This document shows positions 1 through 10,671 of a stretch of DNA of 64,000 nucleotides, in pieces. The stretch comes from a virus (taxonomy: Duplodnaviria; Heunggongvirae; Uroviricota; Caudoviricetes): IMG/VR virus record IMGVR_UViG_3300042885_000900. The stretch is one strand, 5' to 3'. The first letter of the stretch is position 1. Every line of letters begins with the position of its first letter. The notes beneath the pieces were generated by a model. That model saw nothing but the letters and a program-made list of their open reading frames with translations. It did not search any database and was not told the origin of the DNA. A program made the translations under genes and the position numbers.

Positions 1-2456
1 TTAATAAATTCAAAACTTGAATTATTAACTAAATTTTTAATGTAAGATGTGTTGAAAATTCCTCGTATATAATTTTGCCAACTCTCACCAATACCATCAT
101 TTGATATGTGTCTTAAAAGTATTTCAAAATTAGAAGCATTAATACCATATTCAGTTAATTTTTTAGTAATAAAAGGATTATCAGTAGATAAACTATTAAT
201 TATATTTATACTCTCACCTTCAGACACAATATCCGAAATTTGATTAGATTCTGAAATAAAACTATTACATCTACTTAATTTTGAATAATAAGATGTTAAA
301 AATATTCTTTCATAAATTTCATACATATATTTAATTTCTTCCTTATTACTAAAAACAACATTACTTACCGGAAACTCAATTGCCGACAATGATATTCTTT
401 TCACATCACTTAATTCATTTGAGTTAGGTGTAGATGGTTGTGGATTCTCACTTCTTTGAACGAATCCTTTAACAAATTCCTCAACAAATTCTACTTCAGG
501 CCATAATTCAGGTAAATACGCTTTAGTCTGATTAATAACCGTTCTATCACCAGGATATGTAATTACAAATTGTTCCTCTTTATCGGGAGTCATTGTTTCA
601 ACAATCATTTGAGGCCAAGGATATACAGGCTCTGTCGCATTATTTCCGGATGTTAAATTATCTGAACTAACACCTGTTAATATCGCCTTTTTTCTATCAT
701 TATTATCTCTAACACTCCACGCTTGAGTATGAACATCATCCATCAATCTTAAAAAGGCTTCACCATTTGCAAATACTACCGCAAGAACATTTCTAATACT
801 AGGGACAAACCCAATACCATTATCTTTATTTTGTAATAATTCTGATAGAGCCTCGGTTAATTCATTCTCAATTTGTTCTCGATAAGCCTTTAAATCCTTA
901 CCCATTTTATCTATAAAATCCTCAAAAGTACCTGTACCTTCAAAAACAAAATAATTAGTAATTGGTGTTTGTTTTCCAGCATCTGTCTTAATCACTAAAC
1001 TATTTAAAACATTGTCTATAATTAATTCAGCCTCAAATTCTTTTAATTGTACCTCCGACGGTTCAACATCTAATTTTTTTCTTTGTCTATAAGTTTCTTT
1101 AAGATTTATATCACCAGATTGTAATTTTATAGGAAAAATCTCATAAGTAATTTTATTTGGTATTTGAATTGATTTTTCAGTATTATTTATTTTATACTTC
1201 CCAAGTATTCCAAGAGTTTTATTGTTCTCTAATTTTTCTGTATAACTTGTAATATATTCTTTTAATTTATTAATTGCTTCATCTTTCTTTTTAGCCGGTG
1301 TATATTCTTTTTTAAAAGTATATACTTTAGTTTTTTCAGGATTGTCCATTACAAGAAAGTTATCAGTGTCTAAATATTTAGACCTCCAAGACTCACCATT
1401 CATAGCAAAAACATCTTTGTCGTATTCACCTAAAATTTTTGAATATTCATTTAAATCCGTTAATGGGTCTAAATTTTGTTTAGTAAAAGAATCTAAAACA
1501 TTTTTAACAAAATTTTCAAGTCTATTTTGTAATTCCATTAAACTAATTTCCGGAAAATCATCAGATATCATACCTTTTGACTTGTATTCACTATACATTT
1601 CTTTTACTTTCTGAAAACCTCTTTCAACAACACTATCAGTCGTTTTAGTTGTTTTACTATCTGTTCCTGTTGAAGGTGTTACCGATTTGTTTTGAACACT
1701 AATTCTAGATTTATACATATGGGGGACAGCTAATAACGCTCCCATAGTTATTTCACTCAATATTGTGTATTTATAGGTGTAAAACACTAAATCAACAACA
1801 AAATTACCGGAATATGTATCGTATCTTGATGTAAAGTTTTGTAACATTAAAGATAATTTAACCGCTTTACCATAGTAACCTTTAATTGTTAAATTAAACA
1901 TCGGGTAAGGTAAATTAAAAAACGAGGCATAAGGTGAATTATCACCACCCTCAAATAAGGCACGACCTTTAACATCTTCTAATTTAACATTGATTTGTGG
2001 TAAAAAATCTAAACCTTGTCTAATAGTTATTTGAGTAATACCCAACATTCCATTATCTGTAACACCCTTTAAAGTTTGTCTAATGTAAGTATCATCACTT
2101 TTATTAGGATTTTTTATTGATTCTAATTTTACTTGGTTTTTACCTTCACCTTTTAAACTATCTTTACCTGTCAATTCGTCAGTATAACTATTATCTAAAA
2201 AACCTTTATTACCAGGATTTAAAAAATTGATTGACGCGACAGAAATCGTTTGTATTTGGTCATTATTCGCAACACCAACAGCCAATTTAGTTCTTGGGAT
2301 TACTTTACATTCTAAATTGGCATAAACAACCAAATCTTCTTGTTTAACTAACCTTTCACTAACTTTACCATTAGAGTCAATAACCTTATTTGGGTCAATA
2401 ATACTAATGTTATTGTAATCAAACTCTACTAATATATTTTCACCACTATCTACCAT
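1..2456 (-). CDS. Large baseplate hub-like/tail structural protein, partial (runs off left edge; missing from ORF track)
   Basis: ATG at 2456 (MVDSGENILVEFDYNN...); frame spot-checked open near 2000 (MLGITQITIRQGLDFLPQINVK) and at the window edge (GIFNTSYIKNLVNNSSFEFI). Follows LysM wedge gene as hub genes do in contractile-tail modules. Confidence 0.7.
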   Translation of the reverse strand, partial: MVDSGENILVEFDYNNISIIDPNKVIDSNGKVSERLVKQEDLVVYANLECKVIPRTKLAVGVANNDQIQTISVASINFLNPGNKGFLDNSYTDELTGKDSLKGEGKNQVKLESIKNPNKSDDTYIRQTLKGVTDNGMLGITQITIRQGLDFLPQINVKLEDVKGRALFEGGDNSPYASFFNLPYPMFNLTIKGYYGKAVKLSLMLQNFTSRYDTYSGNFVVDLVFYTYKYTILSEITMGALLAVPHMYKSRISVQNKSVTPSTGTDSKTTKTTDSVVERGFQKVKEMYSEYKSKGMISDDFPEISLMELQNRLENFVKNVLDSFTKQNLDPLTDLNEYSKILGEYDKDVFAMNGESWRSKYLDTDNFLVMDNPEKTKVYTFKKEYTPAKKKDEAINKLKEYITSYTEKLENNKTLGILGKYKINNTEKSIQIPNKITYEIFPIKLQSGDINLKETYRQRKKLDVEPSEVQLKEFEAELIIDNVLNSLVIKTDAGKQTPITNYFVFEGTGTFEDFIDKMGKDLKAYREQIENELTEALSELLQNKDNGIGFVPSIRNVLAVVFANGEAFLRLMDDVHTQAWSVRDNNDRKKAILTGVSSDNLTSGNNATEPVYPWPQMIVETMTPDKEEQFVITYPGDRTVINQTKAYLPELWPEVEFVEEFVKGFVQRSENPQPSTPNSNELSDVKRISLSAIEFPVSNVVFSNKEEIKYMYEIYERIFLTSYYSKLSRCNSFISESNQISDIVSEGESINIINSLSTDNPFITKKLTEYGINASNFEILLRHISNDGIGESWQNYIRGIFNTSYIKNLVNNSSFEFI

Positions 2457-2772
2457 AATAAAAGAAATAATTATCTAACTCGTTTTTATAATCTTGTAGA
2501 GAAGCTATCAAAGGAAATGGAATTGTCAAGATAGAACCATCACTAATATTCCATTCTTGACCACCGAAGATTGGATTTGCTTGTAAAATCAACCAACCAA
2601 AACTCGCGGCACCATAATATTGTTGGGATAACTTATCTAATCTAGACTGTCCAACTTTATAGATATATCTTTTATCAGTACTTTTTGATGGCAAAGTAAC
2701 ATAGGGAACAACACTTTGCACCCCATTATTTAAAAACCCATTATATCTATTATAATACTGTTTATTTACCAT
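2446..2772 (-). CDS. LysM-like baseplate wedge protein (T4 gp53/P2 gpX-like)
   Basis: 108 aa with YKVGQSRLDKLSQQYYG...WLILQANP...LTIP LysM-type pattern; position downstream of tape measure. Confidence 0.75.
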   Translation of the reverse strand: MVNKQYYNRYNGFLNNGVQSVVPYVTLPSKSTDKRYIYKVGQSRLDKLSQQYYGAASFGWLILQANPIFGGQEWNISDGSILTIPFPLIASLQDYKNELDNYFFYYGR

Positions 2773-2774
2773 TT

Positions 2775-5700
2775 TTATTTAAATTTGATTTTACCATCAT
2801 AGTATTTATTATCACTATCAGAATTTACACCACTATATAATGCCATAATATCTTTTTGTTGTTGAGCATCTGTTGCTGTGTCCGGAATTGTTGTATATTC
2901 AAATTTCCTTAATTTACCTTTAGGATACACAAACTGATTAACATATTTAGTGTAATCGGGAGACTCTTTTACCTTTTTAATATGTTTGGATTCTTCCAAT
3001 AATTCTTTATCCACATTTTTCTTAAAAATATCACAAATTTTTTCAAATTTATTTTTTAAGTTTGATGGGTTTTTAACCGTTAACAAATCTCCTGATATAA
3101 TTTTATTAATAAAATCGTTGTATTTATTTTTATTTCCAAATATTTGAGCCAACACCATAAATAGTCGTTTATCTTCAATAGATACTAAACTTGACGATAT
3201 AACCCCAAATAACCCTGGTTCTTTATAATCAGAAGTTATTATTTTAACACTTTGACTTTTCAAAAATATATCAAAAGATTGTAATCTTTCACCAATTGAT
3301 TTATAATCAATACTTAATTCCGCATATGTTGTTTGAGGTGACCCAGATAAACTAGCCGGATTAACTTCTGTAGTACCTTTAATATTATACACCCTAGGTT
3401 TACCATTTTCAAGTATCTTACCGTCAGTTTTAGTTATAAGTAAATTAATTTTTCTAAAATATTGAACCATACTTTCCTCTTGAGTTGTAATTTCTTGTAT
3501 TTTGGTAAAAATACCATTACTAAACTCTCCTTTATAATCGTTAATATAGTTATTTAAATTTGTTTTAACTTTTTGTATAACTGAATCAGTGAAAAGATAA
3601 TTAACTAATCCCATTATTAATGGATTTTTATTGGACGGGTTGTCCGCATTAATATCTGATAGTAAAGTTGCGAATAGTGTGTTAATTTTATTTTCAACAC
3701 TCACATTTCCGTCTCCGCCAGGTTTACCATATATAGGAACATCTAATTTACCTCCATCAATATTAAAATGACCCAAACTGTATAATCTATCTTGAGTCAT
3801 TAATTGCCACACCCCATAATTGTAAGATTTTATAATAGAATCACATTGATTAGGGATATTTGTATAATATTCTTTTGTTGCGTCTAAAACTTTATCCATA
3901 ACTGTCGAATACTCGGTTTGTCCTGTCTGACCGCTAGTGATTGGTATATTTGTTAAAATATTTCCAATGGTGTTTCCACCATTATTTAAAAGACTATTAT
4001 CAACATTATTTACGGTCGCCGTTGGTTGAGCATCTAATATCGCTTGTACAACTTTAGCATCTAATGCCGATGTATCTTCTGTAGCTGTAGCCCTTTCATC
4101 GTATATTTCAGTATTAGCATAATAACTAAATGATAATGCGTTTTGTAATTGTTCCACCGGTCTAGCCAATCCTTGACCACCAATAAAATCAAAACTCATC
4201 GTTACATTAGCCAACATTGGTTGTACACCAATACCTTCAGGATTTAAATCATAAAGTAATGGTTCATAAGTAAAGGCAACATTATTAGGAATTATTTTAC
4301 TATTGTAAAAATCACCAATTCTTAAAACTAAAACCGGAGGTGCCCCAAAAGAGGTGTTAACCGCATCGTTATGTCTTGGTTTGTTATCTGTCCCAATAAC
4401 TGGTATAGTCTCACCAGGTCTAACACATTGATTTAAGAAGGTTAAACGAGAATTTAATCCTTCAGGTGTCATAGAGTGAAACGCTGGGTTAAAATACTTA
4501 ATTTTCTCTTTTATTGAGTCATACACCATTGGGGAATTTTCTTGGATAACCTCAAAATAATCACATTCTGATAATAATTGTCTAATAATTTGTTTACTAA
4601 TTCCTTCTTTAATACTTTTTTGTACATCAACAACAGGTTGAGGTTTAACAGGTATTATGTTTTCAGGCACTGATGGAACCTCTTTTTTAGGTGGTTCAGG
4701 TACCGGAGTTGGGGATGGAGTTACATTAATCTCACTAATTTTCACCCTTCTACACGCCATCGCTGTTGCCGCAAAAACTTCAGAGGTTTGGTTTACCACC
4801 TTACCATTTTTATCCTTAATATTATCAGAACAATTTACTTGTTTTCCCAAACCCAATGAAGTTTTTGGTACTAAAGTTGTTTCACCCGCGCCTTGTGGTG
4901 GATTAATTATAAATGTTTTATCTTTAATAAAAGGACCTAAACAGGCTTCCCCCACAGTAAAGTTTGTTAAAAACTGAACAACCGAATCGTTTCTTCTTAA
5001 AGATAAATTAGTATTATAAGCCGGTTTAGCGAGAGCTGACGCCGAACCAACCATATTAATTGTTATTTTACCTTTTTTCTCTTTTAAAATATTATAAGCA
5101 TCAATTATAAAATTACTTGTACCACCAGCAATTGTGTTAAAATTATCTATAACGACCTTATTAAAAAATTCCGTTACATTTCTATTAAAATCTCCTTCAT
5201 TAAAAAGCCCATCAGCAAAATTTTGATACTTTGTAATGTTGGCAGGATTTATATATGAATTGTATGTTTGTTCATAACTTACAGAAGATGTTGTTTTTGT
5301 TGTATCTGGGTCCGGAGTATCATTTTCAAAATAAAAAGCAAATTCTTTATATTTTTCTTTAAAATTGTCTATTGATGTATCAGGCGTTATTTTAGTTTCT
5401 TTAGTTGCTAAACTACCATTTGTTCCGGCATTATCAGCAGAAATTGATTTACTAATTCCTTTAAGTTCTTCATCTGTTAAATTAGGATTACTTAACGCCT
5501 TTTGATATGTGTATAAATCTTTAGTAGGAATAGTATTAAATTTAATAGCTAATTCATATATATCATACTTGACACATCCAGCAAAAAATGAATCAATAAT
5601 TGAGTTAATTCTATCTTTATTTTTCCCTTTTAATTGTTTTTTAACAATTGTGTTCATTATCGATGGATGGTCAACAATCATTTTCCAACTCAAACTACCC

Positions 5701-7772
5701 GTTCTAGTAGTATCTTTATATGTATAAATCGGTTCAGGTCTCCCTAAAAAAGTTTGTTTATTCCAAGCGGCAGTACTAGAATCACTAAATTTTAAATCAT
5801 ACGGTGGAAACCACATAACTCTACCCCCATTTGGACCTTTTTCACAAACTGGTAATTCATCATAAGTAAAACCAGGTCTACTTGATGTTCTCCAAGCCAA
5901 GTTCTCAATAGAGAACATATATTTTTTAGCATAACCCCCCTTACCATTTACATCCGGTATGATATTTGTCGAACCAGGGTTAGAAAGTGGCGCAATGTTT
6001 AAATTATAAGTGTTATCTAAAACAGAATTTGTAAATCTTCTACCTGATGTTGTAATACCATCTGTTTTTTGTAAATCAGCATAAGTATAATACGGTGTAT
6101 CTTTAGTAAACACACGACAATATTCTATACCAGCATTTTCACCGGTTGTTTGATTTGTATATGAAAGAACCTGTGAACCTTTGGTAATCTCTTTATATCC
6201 ATCGTGAAATACTTTACTAACTTGATTAATCGCATTACCAACATGCTTTAATCTAGCAATCCCCGAAACATTATCAGCCGAATTAACTAATCTTTGTGTT
6301 TGGTCTAATATTGAAGTGTCTTTAAAATCAATATTGGTAGATTCAGAACTACCAAAACTACTACTAATTTGATTAAACTCTGTATCTAAACTTCCACTTC
6401 CACCACCAGGTGTTGCACGAAATCCGGCGTTTGATTTGTATTTTGGTGAAGTCCAAACTAATTGTCCGTCAATACCCCCACCATCACTAGATGATTTTCC
6501 GGCTAAACCAAATTTTAAAATACCTTCGTTACCCTCAAATAAAATACCCAATTCTGAAGGTCCATAAACCGGAGATGACTCTTGTTGTCCAAAAGCGTTA
6601 ACCGGAACTTTATTTGGGGGAGATGTTATTGATGAAGGTTCAGATGTTTTACTACCAACATAATAACCCCCAATTAATGTACCATTACTAGGTTTAATAA
6701 GGTCAACGGCAAGATTAACTAATCCTTGAGCAACCCCTAATAACCCACCATAGTTTTTATCATACGATGGTTGGTATCTATTATAATTTACATTTGCAAA
6801 TAAGGCTGAACGCTGTCCATTACCTGTATTATTTAAAAATATTTCAGAGGGGTTTCTTCTTATATTTAAAATTGGGCCTAAAAATCCTCCTGTTAATTGA
6901 TTAATTACATTTAATGCCGTTGAGGTTTGTTTGGTTTGACTATTTTCATTATTATCATCAAAATAATCCCCCGGTATTAACGAAACCGGCCAATAAGCAC
7001 CAGCCAATCTTGTTGCAAAATCTGCTGCAGCAATTACAGGATTTTCCGGAACCGTAATTTTCCAATTTTTATATATTAATGGTTGTTTTCCAGATACCAT
7101 CATACTAACCTCAAATGGGTCTTGTAATGATTGTAAATTTACTCTCCCAACTGTATTTTTTATAAGTTCAGTAGCTATTCTTTCTTGGAAAAGATAATTT
7201 AATTGAGACGCACCTAATTTAGCAATATACGAATCTTGAGATAATGAACCATTATCCCCGTTTGGGTTTTTAGAATATAATATATCGTATGGACTATATG
7301 ATGATGACACAAAACTACTAGGGTCCCAATAAGGTAAATATAATTTACCGTTATTTTGTATATCTGTAACAATGAGCATATCATTATAACCCCCTACTGG
7401 CCCATAAGAGTTTGTTATAAAAGCAGCATCAATATAAAATTCATTAACTAAATCTAATGCCGTATCGTTTGGACTATATTCACCTTGATTTGGATTATCA
7501 GTCACTAACACTCTATTATAAGTTATTTCCGTGTTAAAACCCCCATTAGGGCCATATTCATTTAATGGGTATAATAATGAAACATACGGGGTATTAGCAA
7601 TTAAATCATTAGGGGAGTCAATAACCGGAGATTGAGATAAAGTTACTTCATAATTTAAATCAGAAGTTGTAGGAGTATAAACACCCATTACACTATACGC
7701 GGCTAAATTTTTAGCCATAAGCATATTTCTAAATGATGATGATGAAGTAAAGGATAATGAACTATCTGACAT
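2775..7772 (-). CDS. Large baseplate/tail-tube-initiator-like structural protein with internal OmpA-like peptidoglycan-binding domain
   Basis: 1665 aa; tube-like segments (FSDSSTAAWNKQTFLGRPEPIYTY; PPVLVLRIGDFY) flank FYFEND...GSAS...YNTNLSLRR..SV...RRVKI. Confidence 0.65.
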   Translation of the reverse strand: MSDSSLSFTSSSSFRNMLMAKNLAAYSVMGVYTPTTSDLNYEVTLSQSPVIDSPNDLIANTPYVSLLYPLNEYGPNGGFNTEITYNRVLVTDNPNQGEYSPNDTALDLVNEFYIDAAFITNSYGPVGGYNDMLIVTDIQNNGKLYLPYWDPSSFVSSSYSPYDILYSKNPNGDNGSLSQDSYIAKLGASQLNYLFQERIATELIKNTVGRVNLQSLQDPFEVSMMVSGKQPLIYKNWKITVPENPVIAAADFATRLAGAYWPVSLIPGDYFDDNNENSQTKQTSTALNVINQLTGGFLGPILNIRRNPSEIFLNNTGNGQRSALFANVNYNRYQPSYDKNYGGLLGVAQGLVNLAVDLIKPSNGTLIGGYYVGSKTSEPSSITSPPNKVPVNAFGQQESSPVYGPSELGILFEGNEGILKFGLAGKSSSDGGGIDGQLVWTSPKYKSNAGFRATPGGGSGSLDTEFNQISSSFGSSESTNIDFKDTSILDQTQRLVNSADNVSGIARLKHVGNAINQVSKVFHDGYKEITKGSQVLSYTNQTTGENAGIEYCRVFTKDTPYYTYADLQKTDGITTSGRRFTNSVLDNTYNLNIAPLSNPGSTNIIPDVNGKGGYAKKYMFSIENLAWRTSSRPGFTYDELPVCEKGPNGGRVMWFPPYDLKFSDSSTAAWNKQTFLGRPEPIYTYKDTTRTGSLSWKMIVDHPSIMNTIVKKQLKGKNKDRINSIIDSFFAGCVKYDIYELAIKFNTIPTKDLYTYQKALSNPNLTDEELKGISKSISADNAGTNGSLATKETKITPDTSIDNFKEKYKEFAFYFENDTPDPDTTKTTSSVSYEQTYNSYINPANITKYQNFADGLFNEGDFNRNVTEFFNKVVIDNFNTIAGGTSNFIIDAYNILKEKKGKITINMVGSASALAKPAYNTNLSLRRNDSVVQFLTNFTVGEACLGPFIKDKTFIINPPQGAGETTLVPKTSLGLGKQVNCSDNIKDKNGKVVNQTSEVFAATAMACRRVKISEINVTPSPTPVPEPPKKEVPSVPENIIPVKPQPVVDVQKSIKEGISKQIIRQLLSECDYFEVIQENSPMVYDSIKEKIKYFNPAFHSMTPEGLNSRLTFLNQCVRPGETIPVIGTDNKPRHNDAVNTSFGAPPVLVLRIGDFYNSKIIPNNVAFTYEPLLYDLNPEGIGVQPMLANVTMSFDFIGGQGLARPVEQLQNALSFSYYANTEIYDERATATEDTSALDAKVVQAILDAQPTATVNNVDNSLLNNGGNTIGNILTNIPITSGQTGQTEYSTVMDKVLDATKEYYTNIPNQCDSIIKSYNYGVWQLMTQDRLYSLGHFNIDGGKLDVPIYGKPGGDGNVSVENKINTLFATLLSDINADNPSNKNPLIMGLVNYLFTDSVIQKVKTNLNNYINDYKGEFSNGIFTKIQEITTQEESMVQYFRKINLLITKTDGKILENGKPRVYNIKGTTEVNPASLSGSPQTTYAELSIDYKSIGERLQSFDIFLKSQSVKIITSDYKEPGLFGVISSSLVSIEDKRLFMVLAQIFGNKNKYNDFINKIISGDLLTVKNPSNLKNKFEKICDIFKKNVDKELLEESKHIKKVKESPDYTKYVNQFVYPKGKLRKFEYTTIPDTATDAQQQKDIMALYSGVNSDSDNKYYDGKIKFK

Positions 7773-7811
7773 TTTTTATTGTTTTATTATAAATAGACAA
7801 AATATTTATTT

Positions 7812-9677
7812 TTAAGCATATGAACCCTCTAACATTTGTTTTGTTCGAGACCCCGTTTTGTTTGTTGTTAAATTATTATTTGGGTCTAATTTACCAATAG
7901 AATAAATCGCCTGAATCATTTGTGGGTCTTTCAATGCCAACGATAATTGAGCCGTGTCAATATTTGGATTGTTAGAATCTATCTTAATATTTAAATTAAC
8001 ATTTGAATCAACCGTATGTTTAGTGTTCATTTCTGTCATTCCACCAGGTGTTGTTGAACTAACATTTCTTAATGTATTTGTTGTTGGAACATTTGATGAT
8101 TGATTACCAATTACCTCTTTAACTTGGGGTATTGATTCAATCACTTTTTTTAATCTTTCACCAGAATTAACCATTAATTCTATAAAAATATTTTGAGATG
8201 TTGTTAAATTTTTCATTGATTCTTCAGCTTTATCAACAGTATCAGTAAACGCTGTTTTAGTTCCTTGTTGAATATTTTTACTTGCCGATTGTAAACTCTC
8301 TAAAACTTTAGACAATGAAGATTCACCTTTAATAAATTTGTTGAAATCCTCTAAAATACCTCCAACATTTTTATCAATCCCTTGTCTCATAGTCTTAATA
8401 GATGTTGATTCAGCACTAAGAGTTTTTTCTAATTGTTTATATAATTCTCTTGGGGCATCTAATGCCGCCTGACCAACTTTTGTTCCAGCAACGGCCATCC
8501 CAAATCTATCACGAATAGTCGCCAATGACGCTGCCATAGATTCTTGTTGGGTAAGTTGTGATTTGGCAACATCTTCAAGTGTTTTAGGTTGTTTAGATAA
8601 AGCCTCTATATCAGGTTTACTTAATTCAGCAACACTTTTTGTTACTTTTTCACCTTTTTCACCTGTAAAACTAACTTCATATTTTCCAGTACCTTTATTC
8701 ATTTCCGCCATATTGGCAATCATAGTTCTTTGGTCTTCAGTTATATCTCCACCCGGAAACTTAATAGCTTTCATTTTTTCAGCTAATTCAGCACTACCTA
8801 AAGCCATTTTAGCCAATTGTCCCGCCGGTAATCCCATTGCGGATTCTATCTCCTTCATTTGACGTTTAGCTCCCGGCATAATTTCAAAGTTCCCATCTTT
8901 ATTCAACCGAACAAATTGTTCACTCATTTTAGCAATTTGGTTCTGAAGCTCCGCTGGGTCATTTTGAGCCAAATCCATTAATCGAAGGGGGTCTAATAAA
9001 TCACTTTGAGCAACACCCAATCTTTGCATTGACGCAGCCATTGAAATTGCCTTTTCAGGGTCAAATAGACCGTCAGCAATACTTAAAGTACTTGACATAT
9101 CAATCCTTAAACTGGTTGCTTGTGCAGCCATTTTTGCCAAACCTTCAACACCATTAGCAAAATTAAATTTGTTAAGTGATGACATATTTTCAACAACTTG
9201 TTTAGAAACTGTTAAAGAATTAACCCCTAAACTATTCGCCTTTAAAACAACTTTTTCCATTTGGGAAGACGCGTCATACATAGAAAACCCCGCATCTTTA
9301 AACCCTGTCGTAATACTTTCAATACTTTGACCAGATACTTTTTGAGCGGCATATAATTTAGAATAAGATTCTGATGTAAGTATTAAATTTCTACCTAAAG
9401 TTGTTGCGGCTTTAGTTTGTATGTCAACAATATCACTAAATTGACCACCTAACGACGCAACACTAGTTGCCGCATCACCCATAGACGCTTTTATAGCAAT
9501 CAAATTTTGATTACTAACACCCATAGTTGTCATAACTTGAGATGCCGCAGTATCTACCTGATGTAAAATGTCTTTAATGTTTGTCGGGTCTAAATTAGTA
9601 TAAAAGGCATCACCAAGTTCTTTAATAGTTTGCTTGAATGAACCTATAATACCATCCTTATCGTCTATATCTGCCAT
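7812..9677 (-). CDS. Tape measure protein
   Basis: 621 aa Ala/Gln/Met/Ser-rich helical protein directly downstream of tail assembly chaperone. Confidence 0.75.
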   Translation of the reverse strand: MADIDDKDGIIGSFKQTIKELGDAFYTNLDPTNIKDILHQVDTAASQVMTTMGVSNQNLIAIKASMGDAATSVASLGGQFSDIVDIQTKAATTLGRNLILTSESYSKLYAAQKVSGQSIESITTGFKDAGFSMYDASSQMEKVVLKANSLGVNSLTVSKQVVENMSSLNKFNFANGVEGLAKMAAQATSLRIDMSSTLSIADGLFDPEKAISMAASMQRLGVAQSDLLDPLRLMDLAQNDPAELQNQIAKMSEQFVRLNKDGNFEIMPGAKRQMKEIESAMGLPAGQLAKMALGSAELAEKMKAIKFPGGDITEDQRTMIANMAEMNKGTGKYEVSFTGEKGEKVTKSVAELSKPDIEALSKQPKTLEDVAKSQLTQQESMAASLATIRDRFGMAVAGTKVGQAALDAPRELYKQLEKTLSAESTSIKTMRQGIDKNVGGILEDFNKFIKGESSLSKVLESLQSASKNIQQGTKTAFTDTVDKAEESMKNLTTSQNIFIELMVNSGERLKKVIESIPQVKEVIGNQSSNVPTTNTLRNVSSTTPGGMTEMNTKHTVDSNVNLNIKIDSNNPNIDTAQLSLALKDPQMIQAIYSIGKLDPNNNLTTNKTGSRTKQMLEGSYA

Positions 9678-9719
9678 ATCAAATTGTGTTTATATATAAA
9701 TACGCCAACAACAATTTTA

Positions 9720-9881
9720 TTATTCTTGTTTTGGCGTATTGTCTTCGATTATTCTATCAATTAAATATTTTCTCATATAGGTTGGCATGATGTTAAAATC
9801 ATTATATGATGTTCTAATAAATTTAGCTAGTAAATAATATTCTTCTACTAGAAGTTGTCGGTAATTAGAAGAAAGGCCGAA
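9720..9881 (-). CDS. Frameshifted C-terminal extension of tail assembly chaperone (G-T type)
   Basis: Open +1 frame FGLSSNYRQLLVEEYYLLAKFIRTSYNDFNIMPTYMRKYLIDRIIEDNTPKQE* overlapping the end of 9865..10620 with no start codon at its 5' end; slippery GAG TTT TTT CGG. Confidence 0.7.
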   Translation of the reverse strand, partial: FGLSSNYRQLLVEEYYLLAKFIRTSYNDFNIMPTYMRKYLIDRIIEDNTPKQE

Positions 9882-10620
9882 AAAACTCCACCCCAAAGGT
9901 AATCTCGAAAGTTACCAAGTCTCCTGAAGGGGCTTTTACTGTTTGTTTTAAGTCTAATGATGGTTGGTTTTCTTTAATGAAATTACGAACATATTTTGAA
10001 TCCATAATTGGTAATGAATCAACAAATAATGAAATATCACCAGAATTTGAATTACCGTCAATTTCCACAATTTGTTTAGCTAATCTCCAAGTAACAACAG
10101 GAGCTGTTCTACCCACTGGGTAAGACTCCTCTAATGTTGAGAGATTAAGAATGTCTCCGTAAGACAAAGGTTTTAATTTTACGGTATGTCCTGTTTTAGG
10201 TAGTTTTGTAGTAAACAACCCATTTTCATCTGGTTGGACACTAGTTTTCTTAATATTTAATTCATCAAGAATTACTGTATATGGGAATTGTTTAGATGTC
10301 TTTGGGTCAACTAAATTTACATTATATTCAGGACCAAATGAAGTATTTCTTAAGAAAATTAAAATAGCCTCAACATCACCATCTAATAACTCTTCAGGTT
10401 TTAAATCGTGCTCATAAATTTTATTTCTTAATAAAGTCATAATAATATTACTATTATTTTGAGACGCCCCCATTAAAAAATTCTCATCATTAGCGGTTAA
10501 ATAACCGACTTTGATAGATTTCTTTTTTGATTTGTAAAATATCCCACCAGAAGGTAGCATTACTATGTCGTGTGGTAATGAAAAATTTTCAGTCGCTGCG
10601 TTAATTAAATCTTGTTCCAT
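9865..10620 (-). CDS. Tail assembly chaperone / baseplate hub assembly protein (T4 gp26-like)
   Basis: LPSGG.FY, LTANDE, D..AILIFLR..SFG and terminal ITFGVEFF motifs; lies between tube and tape measure. Confidence 0.75.
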   Translation of the reverse strand: MEQDLINAATENFSLPHDIVMLPSGGIFYKSKKKSIKVGYLTANDENFLMGASQNNSNIIMTLLRNKIYEHDLKPEELLDGDVEAILIFLRNTSFGPEYNVNLVDPKTSKQFPYTVILDELNIKKTSVQPDENGLFTTKLPKTGHTVKLKPLSYGDILNLSTLEESYPVGRTAPVVTWRLAKQIVEIDGNSNSGDISLFVDSLPIMDSKYVRNFIKENQPSLDLKQTVKAPSGDLVTFEITFGVEFFRPFF

Positions 10621-10671
10621 ATAACTTATTGTTTATATATAATTATAGTTAACATCTTTTTTTAATAAACA

